Part shown: piece by piece, positions 41,875-55,800 of the stretch
Layout of the letters: every line of letters begins with the position of its first letter
How positions within the stretch are numbered: position 1 is the first letter of the stretch
NCBI GenBank assembly: GCA_964057225.1
Contig: OZ059899.1
Coordinates: 9,486,001 to 9,550,000, forward strand
Direction: 5' to 3'
Source: Auanema rhodensis
Lineage: Eukaryota; Animalia; Nematoda
Length of the DNA: 64,000 nt
Position numbers and translations under genes: made by a program
Notes under the pieces: generated by a model
Told to the model about the DNA's origin: nothing
What the model saw: the letters and a program-made list of their open reading frames with translations, nothing else
Databases searched by the model: none

Positions 41875-43474
41875 TAAATTTTTTTCATTTCACTTGTCAT
41901 TTACAAAAATCGAATTTATCTTCTTCAACGATTATTTTTGCAATGTGTCATAAGAATTTCACAGTTGAACAAAACGTTTTTTAAGAAGTTTTTTTGTTGT
42001 CAACATATATATTTTGCTGGAACTCGAAAGCATTTGGGATGGAAATTAGAAAGAAAAGAACTAGTTTTTCCTACTTTAAAACAAACAATAAGAAATAAAA
42101 TGAAAAAGATTGTTAGATATCCAATTTAAACTTATACATTTACTTTGATAAAGAGCCTATTAGATTGAAATTTTATGTCTTACAGTTCTCCAACAGAACA
42201 GACTGATCCTGATTTTTCTACGATTACATAAAACTCTCGTTTGATATAAAAGCATATTGGATAGAAATTTCGAAAGCATTTTGGATGGAAATTAGAACGA
42301 AAAGAACTAGTTTTTTCTATTTTAAAACAAACAATAATAAACAGAATGAAAAGATTGTTAGATATCCAATTTTAACTTATACATTTACTTCGATGAAGAG
42401 CCTGTTAGTTTGAAATTTTATGTCTTACAGTTCTCCAACAGAACAGACTGATCCTGATTTCTCTATGATTACATAAAACTCCCGTTTGATATGAAAAAAG
42501 AAGAGAAATAACGCTTCTAGGATATCAATGATATCGAATCTAGTGATATTGTAGAGAAATGTAATGTCAGCTCCATAGGTTTTCTCCTAATTTCTCTCAT
42601 CACAATTGTCTTAGTTTTTTTCTCATAAGAGTTTCTGAAATCTTAGGTGAACAAGGCCGTATAAAATTTCCTGTAATTCGAAAGCATTTGGGATGGAATT
42701 TAGAAAGAAAAGAACTAGTTTTTCCTACTTTAAAACAAACAGTAAGAAATAAAATGAAAAAGATTGTTAGATATCCAATTTAAACTTATACATTTACTTC
42801 GATAAAGAGCCTATTAGATTGAAATTTTATGTCTTACAGTTCTCCAACAGAACAGACTGATCCTGATTTCTCTATGATTACATAAAACTCCCGTTTGATA
42901 TAAAAAAAGGAGAGGAATAACGTTTCCAGGATGTCAAGGATAGCGAATCTAGTGATATTGTAGAGAAATGTAATGTCAGCTCCATAGGTTTTCTCTTAAT
43001 TTCTCTCATCACAATTGTCTTAGTTTTTTTCTCATAAGAGTTTCTGAAATCTTAGGTGAACAAGGCCGTATAAAATTTCCTGTAATTCGAAAGCATTTGG
43101 GATGGAATTTAGAAAGAAAAGAACTAGTTTTTCCTACTTTAAAACAAACAATAAAAAATAAAATGAAAAAGACTGTTAGATATCCAATTTAAACTTATAC
43201 ATTTACTTCGATGAAGAGCCTGTTAGTTTGAAATTTTATGTCTTACAGTTCTCCAACAGAACAGACTGATCCTGATTTTTCTACGATTACATAAAACTCT
43301 CGTTTGATATAAAAAAAGGAGAGGAATAACGTTTCCAGGATGTCAAGGATATCGAATCTAGTGATATTGTAGAAAAATGTAATGTCAGCTCCATAGGTTT
43401 TCTCCTAATTTCTCTCATCACAATTGTCTTAGTTTTTTTTTCTCATAAGAGTTTCAGAAATCTTAGTTGAACAA

Positions 43475-43547
43475 GGACGCGTGGCGCAATGGATAACGCG
43501 TCTGCCTACGGAGCAGAAGATTGTAGGTTCGAATCCTGCCGTGGTCG
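43475..43547 (+). tRNA. tRNA-Arg(ACG), C3A (acceptor mismatch)
   Basis: GGACGCG start. Confidence 0.75.
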
Positions 43548-44083
43548 TAAATTTTTTTCATTTCACTTGTCATTCATAAAAATCGAATTTATTTTTTTCA
43601 ATGATTTTTTTTGCAATGTGTCATAAGAATTACACAGTTGAACAAAACGTTTTTTAAGAATTTTCTTTGTTGTCAACATATATATTTTGCTGGAATTCGA
43701 AAGCATTTGGGATGAAAATTAAAAGAAAAGAACTAGTTTTTCCTACTTTAAAACAAACAATAAGAAATAAAATGAAAAAGATTGTTAGATATCCAATTTA
43801 AACTTATACATTTACTTCGATAAAGAGCCTATTAGATTGAAATTTTATGTCTTACAGTTCTCCAACAGAACAGACTGATCCTGATTTCTCTATGATTACA
43901 TAAAACTCCCGTTTGATATGAAAAAAAGAAGAGAAATAACGCTTCTAGGATATCAATGATATTGAATCTAGTGATATTGTAGAAAAATGTAATGTCAGCT
44001 CCATAAGTTTTCTCTTAATTTCTCTCATCACAATTGTCTTAGTTTTTCTTCTCATAAGAGTTTCTGAAATCTTAGTTGAACAA

Positions 44084-44156
44084 GGCCGCGTGGCGCAATG
44101 GATAACGCGTCTGCCTACGGAGCAGAAGATTGTAGGTTCGAATCCTGCCGTGGTCG
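44084..44156 (+). tRNA. tRNA-Arg(ACG), consensus
   Basis: Matches consensus. Confidence 0.95.
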
Positions 44157-44692
44157 TAAATTTTTTTCATTTCACTTGTCATTCATAAAAATCGAATTTA
44201 TTTTTTTCAATGATTTTTTTTGCAAAGTGTCATAAGAATTACACAGTTGAACAAAACGTTTTTTAAGAATTTTCTTTGTTGTCAACATATATATTTTCCT
44301 GGAATTCGAAAGCATTTGGGATGGAAATTAGAAAGAAAAGAACTAGTTTTTCCTACTTTAAAACAAACAATAAGAAATAAAATGAAAAAGATTGTTAGAT
44401 ATCCAATTTAAACTTATACATTTACTTCGATAAAGAGCCTATTAGTTTGAAATTTTATGTCTTACAGTTCTCCAACAGAACAGACTGATCCTGATTTCTC
44501 TATGATTACATAAAACTCCCGTTTGATATAAAAAAAGGAGAGGAATAACGTTTCCAGGATGTCAAGGATATCGAATCTAGATATATTGTAGAAAAATGTA
44601 ATGTCAGCTCCATAGGTTTTCTCCTAATTTCTCTCATCACAATTGTCTTAGTTTTTTTTCTCATAAGAGTTTCTGAAATCTTTGTTGAACAA

Positions 44693-44765
44693 GGTCGCGT
44701 GGCGCAATGGATAACGCGTCTGCCTACGGAGCAGAAGATTATAGGTTCGAATCATGCCGTGGTCG
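44693..44765 (+). pseudogene. tRNA-Arg(ACG) probable pseudogene (C3T, G49A, C62A)
   Basis: T stem ATAGG/CATGC. Confidence 0.7.
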
Positions 44766-45711
44766 TAAATTTTTTTCATTTCACTTGTCATTTACAAAAA
44801 TCGAATTTATCTTCTTCAACGATTATTTTTGCAATGTGTCATAAGAATTTCACAGTTGAACAAAACGTTTTTTAAGAAGTTTTTTTGTTGTCAACATATA
44901 TATTTTGCTGGAATTCAAAAGCATTTGGAATGGAAATTAGAAAGAAAAGAACTAGTTTTTCCTACTTTAAAACAAACAGTAAGAAATAAAATGAAAAAGA
45001 TTGTTAGATATCCAATTTAAACTTATACATTTACTTCGATAAAGAGCCTATTAGATTGAAATTTTATGTCTTACAGTTCTCCAACAGAACAGACTGATCC
45101 TGATTTCTCTATGATTACATAAAACTCCCGTTTGATATAAAAAAAGGAGAGGAATAACGTTTCCAGGATGTCAAGGATAGCGAATCTAGTGATATTGTAG
45201 AGAAATGTAATGTCAGCTCCATAGGTTTTCTCTTAATTTCTCTCATCACAATTGTCTTAGTTTTTTTCTCATAAGAGTTTCTGAAATCTTAGGTGAACAA
45301 GGCCGTATAAAATTTCCTGTAATTCGAAAGCATTTGGGATGGAATTTAGAAAGAAAAGAACTAGTTTTTCCTACTTTAAAACAAACAATAAAAAATAAAA
45401 TGAAAAAGACTGTTAGATATCCAATTTAAACTTATACATTTACTTCGATGAAGAGCCTGTTAGTTTGAAATTTTATGTCTTACAGTTCTCCAACAGAACA
45501 GACTGATCCTGATTTTTCTACGATTACATAAAACTCTCGTTTGATATAAAAAAAGGAGAGGAATAACGTTTCCAGGATGTCAAGGATATCGAATCTAGTG
45601 ATATTGTAGAAAAATGTAATGTCAGCTCCATAGGTTTTCTCCTAATTTCTCTCATCACAATTGTCTTAGTTTTTTTTTCTCATAAGAGTTTCAGAAATCT
45701 TAGTTGAACAA

Positions 45712-45784
45712 GGACGCGTGGCGCAATGGATAACGCGTCTGCCTACGGAGCAGAAGATTGTAGGTTCGAATCCTGCCGTGGTCG
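45712..45784 (+). tRNA. tRNA-Arg(ACG), C3A
   Basis: GGACGCG start. Confidence 0.75.
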
Positions 45785-46320
45785 TAAATTTTTTTCATTT
45801 CACTTGTCATTCATAAAAATCGAATTTATTTTTTTCAATGATTTTTTTTGCAATGTGTCATAAGAATTACACAGTTGAACAAAACGTTTTTTAAGAATTT
45901 TCTTTGTTGTCAACATATATATTTTGCTGGAATTCGAAAGCATTTGGGATGAAAATTAAAAGAAAAGAACTAGTTTTTCCTACTTTAAAACAAACAATAA
46001 GAAATAAAATGAAAAAGATTGTTAGATATCCAATTTAAACTTATACATTTACTTCGATAAAGAGCCTATTAGATTGAAATTTTATGTCTTACAGTTCTCC
46101 AACAGAACAGACTGATCCTGATTTCTCTATGATTACATAAAACTCCCGTTTGATATGAAAAAAAGAAGAGAAATAACGCTTCTAGGATATCAATGATATT
46201 GAATCTAGTGATATTGTAGAAAAATGTAATGTCAGCTCCATAAGTTTTCTCTTAATTTCTCTCATCACAATTGTCTTAGTTTTTCTTCTCATAAGAGTTT
46301 CTGAAATCTTAGTTGAACAA

Positions 46321-46393
46321 GGCCGCGTGGCGCAATGGATAACGCGTCTGCCTACGGAGCAGAAGATTGTAGGTTCGAATCCTGCCGTGGTCG
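46321..46393 (+). tRNA. tRNA-Arg(ACG), consensus
   Basis: Matches consensus. Confidence 0.95.
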
Positions 46394-46929
46394 TAAATTT
46401 TTTTCATTTCACTTGTCATTCATAAAAATCGAATTTATTTTTTTCAATGATTTTTTTTGCAAAGTGTCATAAGAATTACACAGTTGAACAAAACGTTTTT
46501 TAAGAATTTTCTTTGTTGTCAACATATATATTTTCCTGGAATTCGAAAGCATTTGGGATGGAAATTAGAAAGAAAAGAACTAGTTTTTCCTACTTTAAAA
46601 CAAACAATAAGAAATAAAATGAAAAAGATTGTTAGATATCCAATTTAAACTTATACATTTACTTCGATAAAGAGCCTATTAGTTTGAAATTTTATGTCTT
46701 ACAGTTCTCCAACAGAACAGACTGATCCTGATTTCTCTATGATTACATAAAACTCCCGTTTGATATAAAAAAAGGAGAGGAATAACGTTTCCAGGATGTC
46801 AAGGATATCGAATCTAGATATATTGTAGAAAAATGTAATGTCAGCTCCATAGGTTTTCTCCTAATTTCTCTCATCACAATTGTCTTAGTTTTTTTTCTCA
46901 TAAGAGTTTCTGAAATCTTTGTTGAACAA

Positions 46930-47002
46930 GGTCGCGTGGCGCAATGGATAACGCGTCTGCCTACGGAGCAGAAGATTATAGGTTCGAATCATGCCGTGGT
47001 CG
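46930..47002 (+). pseudogene. tRNA-Arg(ACG) probable pseudogene (C3T, G49A, C62A)
   Basis: T stem ATAGG/CATGC. Confidence 0.7.
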
Positions 47003-48356
47003 TAAATTTTTTTCATTTCACTTGTCATTTACAAAAATCGAATTTATCTTCTTCAACGATTATTTTTGCAATGTGTCATAAGAATTTCACAGTTGAACAA
47101 AACGTTTTTTAAGAAGTTTTTTTGTTGTCAACATATATATTTTGCTGGAATTCAAAAGCATTTGGAATGGAAATTAGAAAGAAAAGAACTAGTTATTCCT
47201 ACTTTAAAAGAAACAATAAGAAATAAAATGAAAAAGATTGTTAGATATCCAATTTAAACTTATACACTTACTTCGATAAAGAGCCTATTAGATTGAAATT
47301 TTTTGTCTTACAGTTCTCCAACAGAACAGACTGATCCTGATTTTTCTACGATTACATAAAACTCTCGTTTGATATAAAAAAGGAGAGGAACAACGTTTCC
47401 AGGATGTCAAGGATATCGAATCTAGTGATATTGTAGAAAAATGTAATGTCAGCTCCATAGGTTTTCCCCTAATTTCTCTCATCACAATTGTCTTAGTTTT
47501 TTTCTCATAAGAGTTTCTGAAATCTTAGGTGAACAAGGCCGTATAAAATTTCCTGTAATTCGAAAGCATTTGGGATGGAATTTAGAAAGAAAAGAACTAG
47601 TTTTTCCTACTTTAAAACAAACAGTAAGAAATAAAATGAAAAAGATTGTTAGATATCCAATTTAAACTTATACATTTACTTCGATAAAGAGCCTATTAGA
47701 TTGAAATTTTATGTCTTACAGTTCTCCAACAGAACAGACTGATCCTGATTTCTCTATGATTACATAAAACTCCCGTTTGATATAAAAAAAGGAGAGGAAT
47801 AACGTTTCCAGGATGTCAAGGATAGCGAATCTAGTGATATTGTAGAGAAATGTAATGTCAGCTCCATAGGTTTTCTCTTAATTTCTCTCATCACAATTGT
47901 CTTAGTTTTTTTCTCATAAGAGTTTCTGAAATCTTAGGTGAACAAGGCCGTATAAAATTTCCTGTAATTCGAAAGCATTTGGGATGGAATTTAGAAAGAA
48001 AAGAACTAGTTTTTCCTACTTTAAAACAAACAATAAAAAATAAAATGAAAAAGACTGTTAGATATCCAATTTAAACTTATACATTTACTTCGATGAAGAG
48101 CCTGTTAGTTTGAAATTTTATGTCTTACAGTTCTCCAACAGAACAGACTGATCCTGATTTTTCTACGATTACATAAAACTCTCGTTTGATATAAAAAAAG
48201 GAGAGGAATAACGTTTCCAGGATGTCAAGGATATCGAATCTAGTGATATTGTAGAAAAATGTAATGTCAGCTCCATAGGTTTTCTCCTAATTTCTCTCAT
48301 CACAATTGTCTTAGTTTTTTTTTCTCATAAGAGTTTCAGAAATCTTAGTTGAACAA

Positions 48357-48429
48357 GTACGCGTGGCGCAATGGATAACGCGTCTGCCTACGGAGCAGAA
48401 GATTGTAGGTTCGAATCCTGCCGTGGTCG
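48357..48429 (+). pseudogene. tRNA-Arg(ACG) probable pseudogene (G2T, C3A)
   Basis: GTACGCG start. Confidence 0.65.
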
Positions 48430-48965
48430 TAAATTTTTTTCATTTCACTTGTCATTCATAAAAATCGAATTTATTTTTTTCAATGATTTTTTTTGCAATG
48501 TGTCATAAGAATTACACAGTTGAACAAAACGTTTTTTAAGAATTTTCTTTGTTGTCAACATATATATTTTGCTGGAATTCGAAAGCATTTGGGATGAAAA
48601 TTAAAAGAAAAGAACTAGTTTTTCCTACTTTAAAACAAACAATAAGAAATAAAATGAAAAAGATTGTTAGATATCCAATTTAAACTTATACATTTACTTC
48701 GATAAAGAGCCTATTAGATTGAAATTTTATGTCTTACAGTTCTCCAACAGAACAGACTGATCCTGATTTCTCTATGATTACATAAAACTCCCGTTTGATA
48801 TGAAAAAAAGAAGAGAAATAACGCTTCTAGGATATCAATGATATTGAATCTAGTGATATTGTAGAAAAATGTAATGTCAGCTCCATAAGTTTTCTCTTAA
48901 TTTCTCTCATCACAATTGTCTTAGTTTTTCTTCTCATAAGAGTTTCTGAAATCTTAGTTGAACAA

Positions 48966-49038
48966 GGCCGCGTGGCGCAATGGATAACGCGTCTGCCTAC
49001 GGAGCAGAAGATTGTAGGTTCGAATCCTGCCGTGGTCG
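48966..49038 (+). tRNA. tRNA-Arg(ACG), consensus
   Basis: Matches consensus. Confidence 0.95.
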
Positions 49039-49985
49039 TAAATTTTTTTCATTTCACTTGTCATTCATAAAAATCGAATTTATTTTTTTCAATCATTTTT
49101 TTTTGCAAAGTGTCATAAGAATTACACAGTTGAACAAAACGTTTTTTAAGAATTTTCTTTGTTGTCAACATATATATTTTCCTGAAATTCGAAAGCATTT
49201 GGGATGGAAATTAGAAAGAAAAGAACTAGTTTTTCCTAATTTAAAACAAACAATAAGAAATAAAATGAAAAAGATTGTTAGATATCCAATTTAAACTTAT
49301 ACATTTACTTCGATAAAGAGCCTATTAGATTGAAATTTTATGTCTTACAGTTCTCCAACAGAACAGACTGATCCTGATTTTTCTACGATTACATAAAACT
49401 CCCGTTTGATATAAAAAAAGGAGAGGAATAACGTTTCCAGGATGTCAAGGATATCGAATCTAGTGATATTGTAGAGAAATGTAATGTCAGCTTCATAGCT
49501 TTTCTCTTGATTTCTCTCATCACAATTGTCTTAGTTTTTTTCTCATAAGAGTTTCTGAAATCTCAGTTAAACAAGGCCGTATATAATTTCCTGTAATTCG
49601 AAAGCATTTGGGATGGAATTTAGAAAGAAAAGAACTAGTTTTTCCTACTTTAAAACAAACAATAAGAAATAAAATGAAAAAGATTGTTAGATATCCAATT
49701 TAAACTTATACATTTACTTCGATGAAGAGCCTGTTAGTTTGAAATTTTATGTCTTACAGTTCTCCAACCGAACAGACTGATCCTGATTTTTCTACGATTA
49801 CATAAAACTCTCGTTTGATATAAAAAAAGGAGAGGAATAACGTTTCCAGGATGTCAAGGATATCGAATCTAGTGATATTGTAGAAAAATGTAATGTCAGC
49901 TCCATAGGTTTTCTCCTAATTTCTCTCATCACAATTGTCTTAGTTTTTTTTTCTCATAAGAGTTTCTGAAATCTTAGTTGAACAA

Positions 49986-50058
49986 GGCCGCGTGGCGCAA
50001 TGGATAACGCGTCTGCCTACGGAGCAGAAGATTGTAGGTTCGAATCCTGCCGTGGTCG
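49986..50058 (+). tRNA. tRNA-Arg(ACG), consensus
   Basis: Matches consensus. Confidence 0.95.
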
Positions 50059-50595
50059 TAAATTTTTTTCATTTCACTTGTCATTCATAAAAATCGAATT
50101 TATTTTTTTCAATGATTTTTTTTTGCAATGTGTCATAAGAATTACACAGTTGAACAAAACGTTTTTTAAGAATTTTCTTTGTTGTCAACATATATATTTT
50201 CCTGGAATTCGAAAGCATTTGGGATGGAAATTAGAAAGAAAAGAACTAGTTTTTCCTACTTTAAAACAAACAATAAGAAATAAAATGAAAAAGATTGTTA
50301 GATATCCAATTTAAACTTATACATTTACTTCGATAAAGAGCCTATTAGATTGAAATTTTATGTCTTACAGTTCTCCAACAGAACAGACTGATCCTGATTT
50401 CTCTATGATTACATAAAACTCCCGTTTGATATAAAAAAAGGAGAGGAATAACGTTTCCAGGATGTCAAGATTATCGAATCTAGTGATATTGTAGAGAAAT
50501 GTAATGCCAGCTCCATAGGTTTTCTCTTAATTTCTCTCATCACAATTGTCTTAGTTTTTTTTCTCATAAGAGTTTCTGAAATCTTTGTTGAACAA

Positions 50596-50668
50596 GGTCG
50601 CGTGGCGCAATGGATAACGCGTCTGCCTACGGAGCAGAAGATTGTAGGTTCGAATCCTGCCGTGGTCG
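50596..50668 (+). tRNA. tRNA-Arg(ACG), C3T
   Basis: GGTCGCG start. Confidence 0.9.
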
Positions 50669-51860
50669 TAAATTTTTTTCATTTCACTTGTCATTTACAA
50701 AAATCGAATTTATCTTCTTCAACGATTATTTTTGCAATGTGTCATAAGAATTTCACAGTTGAACAAAACGTTTTTTAAGAAGTTTTTTTGTTGTCAACAT
50801 ATATATTTTGCTGGAACTCGAAAGCATTTGGGATGGAAATTAGAAAGAAAAGAACTAGTTTTTCCTACTTTAAAACAAACAATAAGAAATAAAATGAAAA
50901 AGATTGTTAGATATCCAATTTAAACTTATACATTTACTTTGATAAAGAGCCTATTAGATTGAAATTTTATGTCTTACAGTTCTCCAACAGAACAGACTGA
51001 TCCTGATTTTTCTACGATTACATAAAACTCTCGTTTGATATAAAAGCATATTGGATAGAAATTTCGAAAGCATTTTGGATGGAAATTAGAACGAAAAGAA
51101 CTAGTTTTTTCTATTTTAAAACAAACAATAAGAAATAAAATGAAAAAGATTGTTAGATATCCAATTTTAACTTATACATTTACTTCGATGAAGAGCCTGT
51201 TAGTTTGAAATTTTATGTCTTACAGTTCTCCAACAGAACAGACTGATCCTGATTTTTCTACGATTACATAAAACTCCCGTTTGATATGAAAAAAGGAGAG
51301 GAATAACGTTTCCAGGATGTCAAGGATAGCGAATCTAGTGATATTGTAGAGAAATGTAATGTCAGCTCCATAGGTTTTCTCTTAATTTCTCTCATCACAA
51401 TTGTCTTAGTTTTTTTCTCATAAGAGTTTCTGAAATCTTAGGTGAACAAGGCCGTATAAAATTTCCTGTAATTCGAAAGCATTTGGGATGGAATTTAGAA
51501 AGAAAAGAACTAGTTTTTCCTACTTTAAAACAAACAATAAAAAATAAAATGAAAAAGACTGTTAGATATCCAATTTAAACTTATACATTTACTTCGATGA
51601 AGAGCCTGTTAGTTTGAAATTTTATGTCTTACAGTTCTCCAACAGAACAGACTGATCCTGATTTTTCTACGATTACATAAAACTCTCGTTTGATATAAAA
51701 AAAGGAGAGGAATAACGTTTCCAGGATGTCAAGGATATCGAATCTAGTGATATTGTAGAAAAATGTAATGTCAGCTCCATAGGTTTTCTCCTAATTTCTC
51801 TCATCACAATTGTCTTAGTTTTTTTTTCTCATAAGAGTTTCAGAAATCTTAGTTGAACAA

Positions 51861-51933
51861 GGACGCGTGGCGCAATGGATAACGCGTCTGCCTACGGAGC
51901 AGAAGATTGTAGGTTCGAATCCTGCCGTGGTCG
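51861..51933 (+). tRNA. tRNA-Arg(ACG), C3A
   Basis: GGACGCG start. Confidence 0.75.
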
Positions 51934-52469
51934 TAAATTTTTTTCATTTCACTTGTCATTCATAAAAATCGAATTTATTTTTTTCAATGATTTTGTTTGC
52001 AATGTGTCATAAGAATTACACAGTTGAACAAAACGTTTTTTAAGAATTTTCTTTGTTGTCAACATATATATTTTGCTGGAATTCGAAAGCATTTGGGATG
52101 AAAATTAAAAGAAAAGAACTAGTTTTTCCTACTTTAAAACAAACAATAAGAAATAAAATGAAAAAGATTGTTAGATATCCAATTTAAACTTATACATTTA
52201 CTTCGATAAAGAGCCTATTAGATTGAAATTTTATGTCTTACAGTTCTCCAACAGAACAGACTGATCCTGATTTCTCTATGATTACATAAAACTCCCGTTT
52301 GATATGAAAAAAAGAAGAGAAATAACGCTTCTAGGATATCAATGATATTGAATCTAGTGATATTGTAGAAAAATGTAATGTCAGCTCCATAAGTTTTCTC
52401 TTAATTTCTCTCATCACAATTGTCTTAGTTTTTCTTCTCATAAGAGTTTCTGAAATCTTAGTTGAACAA

Positions 52470-52542
52470 GGCCGCGTGGCGCAATGGATAACGCGTCTGC
52501 CTACGGAGCAGAAGATTGTAGGTTCGAATCCTGCCGTGGTCG
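52470..52542 (+). tRNA. tRNA-Arg(ACG), consensus
   Basis: Matches consensus. Confidence 0.95.
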
Positions 52543-53488
52543 TAAATTTTTTTCATTTCACTTGTCATTCATAAAAATCGAATTTATTTTTTTCAATGAT
52601 TTTTTTTGCAAAGTGTCATAAGAATTACACAGTTGAACAAAACGTTTTTTAAGAATTTTCTTTGTTGTCAACATATATATTTTCCTGGAATTCGAAAGCA
52701 TTTGGGATGGAAATTAGAAAGAAAAGAACTAGTTTTTCCTACTTTAAAACAAACAATAAGAAATAAAATGAAAAAGATTGTTAGATATCCAATTTAAACT
52801 TATACATTTACTTCGATAAAGAGCCTATTAGATTGAAATTTTATGTCTTACAGTTCTCCAACAGAACAGACTGATCCTGATTTCTCTATGATTACATAAA
52901 ACTCCCGTTTGATATAAAAAAAGGAGAGGAATAACGTTTCCAGGATGTCAAGGATATCGAATCTAGTGATATTGTAGAGAAATGTAATGTCAGCTTCATA
53001 GCTTTTCTCTTGATTTCTCTCATCACAATTGTCTTAGTTTTTTTCTCATAAGAGTTTCTGAAATCTCAGTTAAACAAGGCCGTATATAATTTCCTGTAAT
53101 TCGAAAGCATTTGGGATGGAATTTAGAAAGAAAAGAACTAGTTTTTCCTACTTTAAAACAAACAATAAGAAATAAAATGAAAAAGATTGTTAGATATCCA
53201 ATTTAAACTTATACATTTACTTCGATGAAGAGCCTGTTAGTTTGAAATTTTATGTCTTACAGTTCTCCAACAGAACAGACTGATCCTGATTTTTCTACGA
53301 TTACATAAAACTCTCGTTTGATATAAAAAAAGGAGAGGAATAACGTTTCCAGGATGTCAAGGATATCGAATCTAGTGATATTGTAGAAAAATGTAATGTC
53401 AGCTCCATAGGTTTTCTCCTAATTTCTCTCATCACAATTGTCTTAGTTTTTTTTTCTCATAAGAGTTTCTGAAATCTTAGTTGAACAA

Positions 53489-53561
53489 GGCCGCGTGGCG
53501 CAATGGATAACGCGTCTGCCTACGGAGCAGAAGATTGTAGGTTCGAATCCTGCCGTGGTCG
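53489..53561 (+). tRNA. tRNA-Arg(ACG), consensus
   Basis: Matches consensus. Confidence 0.95.
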
Positions 53562-54098
53562 TAAATTTTTTTCATTTCACTTGTCATTCATAAAAATCGA
53601 ATTTATTTTTTTCAATGATTTTTTTTTGCAATGTGTCATAAGAATTACACAGTTGAACAAAACGTTTTTTAAGAATTTTCTTTGTTGTCAACATATATAT
53701 TTTCCTGGAATTCGAAAGCATTTGGGATGGAAATTAGAAAGAAAAGAACTAGTTTTTCCTACTTTAAAACAAACAATAAGAAATAAAATGAAAAAGATTG
53801 TTAGATATCCAATTTAAACTTATACATTTACTTCGATGAAGAGCCTGTTAGTTTGAAATTTTATGTCTTACAGTTCTCCAACAGAACAGACTGATCCTGA
53901 TTTTTCTACGATTACATAAAACTCTCGTTTGATATAAAAAAAGGAGAGGAATAACGTTTCCAGGATGTCAAGGATATCGAATCTAGTGATATTGTAGAAA
54001 AATGTAATGTCAGCTCCATAGGTTTTCTCTTAATTTCTCTCATCACAATTGTCTTAGTTTTTTTTCTCATAAGAGTTTCTGAAATCTTTGTTGAACAA

Positions 54099-54171
54099 GG
54101 TCGCGTGGCGCAATGGATAACGCGTCTGCCTACGGAGCAGAAGATTGTAGGTTCGAATCCTGCCGTGGTCG
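54099..54171 (+). tRNA. tRNA-Arg(ACG), C3T
   Basis: GGTCGCG start. Confidence 0.9.
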
Positions 54172-55117
54172 TAAATTTTTTTCATTTCACTTGTCATTTA
54201 CAAAAATCGAATTTATCTTCTTCAACGATTATTTTTGCAATGTGTCATAAGAATTTCACAGTTGAACAAAACGTTTTTTAAGAAGTTTTTTTGTTGTCAA
54301 CATATATATTTTGCTGGAACTCGAAAGCATTTGGGATGGAAATTAGAAAGAAAAGAACTAGTTTTTCCTACTTTAAAACAAACAATAAGAAATAAAATGA
54401 AAAAGATTGTTAGATATCCAATTTAAACTTATACATTTACTTCGATAAAGAGCCTATTAGATTGAAATTTTATGTCTCACAGTTCTCCAACAGAACAGAC
54501 TGATCCTGATTTTTCTACGATTACATAAAACTCTTGTTTGATATGAAAAAAGAAGAGAAACAACGTTTCCAGGATGTCAAGGATATCGAATCTAGTGATA
54601 TTGTAGAAAAATGTAATGTCAGCTCCATAGGTTTTCTCCTAATTTCTCTCATCACAATTGTCTTAGTTTTTTTCTCATAAGAGTTTCTGAAATCTTAGGT
54701 GAACAAGGCCGTATATAATTTCCTGTAATTCGAAAGCATTTGGGATGGAATTTAGAAAGAAAAGAACTAGTTTTTCCTACTTTAAAACAAACAATAAGAA
54801 ATAAAATGAAAAAGATTGTTAGATATCCAATTTAAACTTATACATTTACTTCGATGAAGAGCCTGTTAGTTTGAAATTTTATGTCTTACAGTTCTCCAAC
54901 AGAACAGACTGATCCTGATTTTTCTACGATTACATAAAACTCTCGTTTGATATAAAAAAAGGAGAGGAATAACGTTTCCAGGATGTCAAGGATATCGAAT
55001 CTAGTGATATTGTAGAAAAATGTAATGTCAGCTCCATAGGTTTTCTCCTAATTTCTCTCATCACAATTGTCTTAGTTTTTTTTTCTCATAAGAGTTTCTG
55101 AAATCTTAGTTGAACAA

Positions 55118-55190
55118 GGCCGCGTGGCGCAATGGATAACGCGTCTGCCTACGGAGCAGAAGATTGTAGGTTCGAATCCTGCCGTGGTCG
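55118..55190 (+). tRNA. tRNA-Arg(ACG), consensus
   Basis: Matches consensus. Confidence 0.95.
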
Positions 55191-55727
55191 TAAATTTTTT
55201 TCATTTCACTTGTCATTCATAAAAATCGAATTTATTTTTTTCAATGATTTTTTTTTGCAATGTGTCATAAGAATTACACAGTTGAACAAAACGTTTTTTA
55301 AGAATTTTCTTTGTTGTCAACATATATATTTTCCTGGAATTCGAAAGCATTTGGGATGGAAATTAGAAAGAAAAGAACTAGTTTTTCCTACTTTAAAACA
55401 AACAATAAGAAATAAAATGAAAAAGATTGTTAGATATCCAATTTAAACTTATACATTTACTTCGATAAAGAGCCTATTAGATTGAAATTTTATGTCTTAC
55501 AGTTCTCCAACAGAACAGACTGATCCTGATTTCTCTATGATTACATAAAACTCCCGTTTGATATAAAAAAAGGAGAGGAATAACGTTTCCAGGATGTCAA
55601 GATTATCGAATCTAGTGATATTGTAGAGAAATGTAATGTCAGCTCCATAGGTTTTCTCTTAATTTCTCTCATCACAATTGTCTTAGTTTTTTTTCTCATA
55701 AGAGTTTCTGAAATCTTTGTTGAAAAA

Positions 55728-55800
55728 GGTCGCGTGGCGCAATGGATAACGCGTCTGCCTACGGAGCAGAAGATTGTAGGTTCGAATCCTGCCGTGGTCG
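55728..55800 (+). tRNA. tRNA-Arg(ACG), C3T
   Basis: GGTCGCG start. Confidence 0.9.

Larger units (their letters stand above)
37800..52900 (+). repeat. Higher-order duplication, offset 8794 bp (then 8386 bp), containing a 2237-bp sub-duplication
   Basis: 38272/47066, 39563/48357, 40186/48980 and 41938/50732 at +8794; 43475/51861 and 44220/52606 at +8386; 43475/45712 and 44220/46457 at +2237. Confidence 0.85.

Noticed and set aside
8883-47485. 65-aa minus-strand ORFs (MMREIK/MMREIR...)
   Set aside because: They appear only in four units carrying a private SNP or 1-bp A-run deletion, are antisense to the spacer and have no motif.
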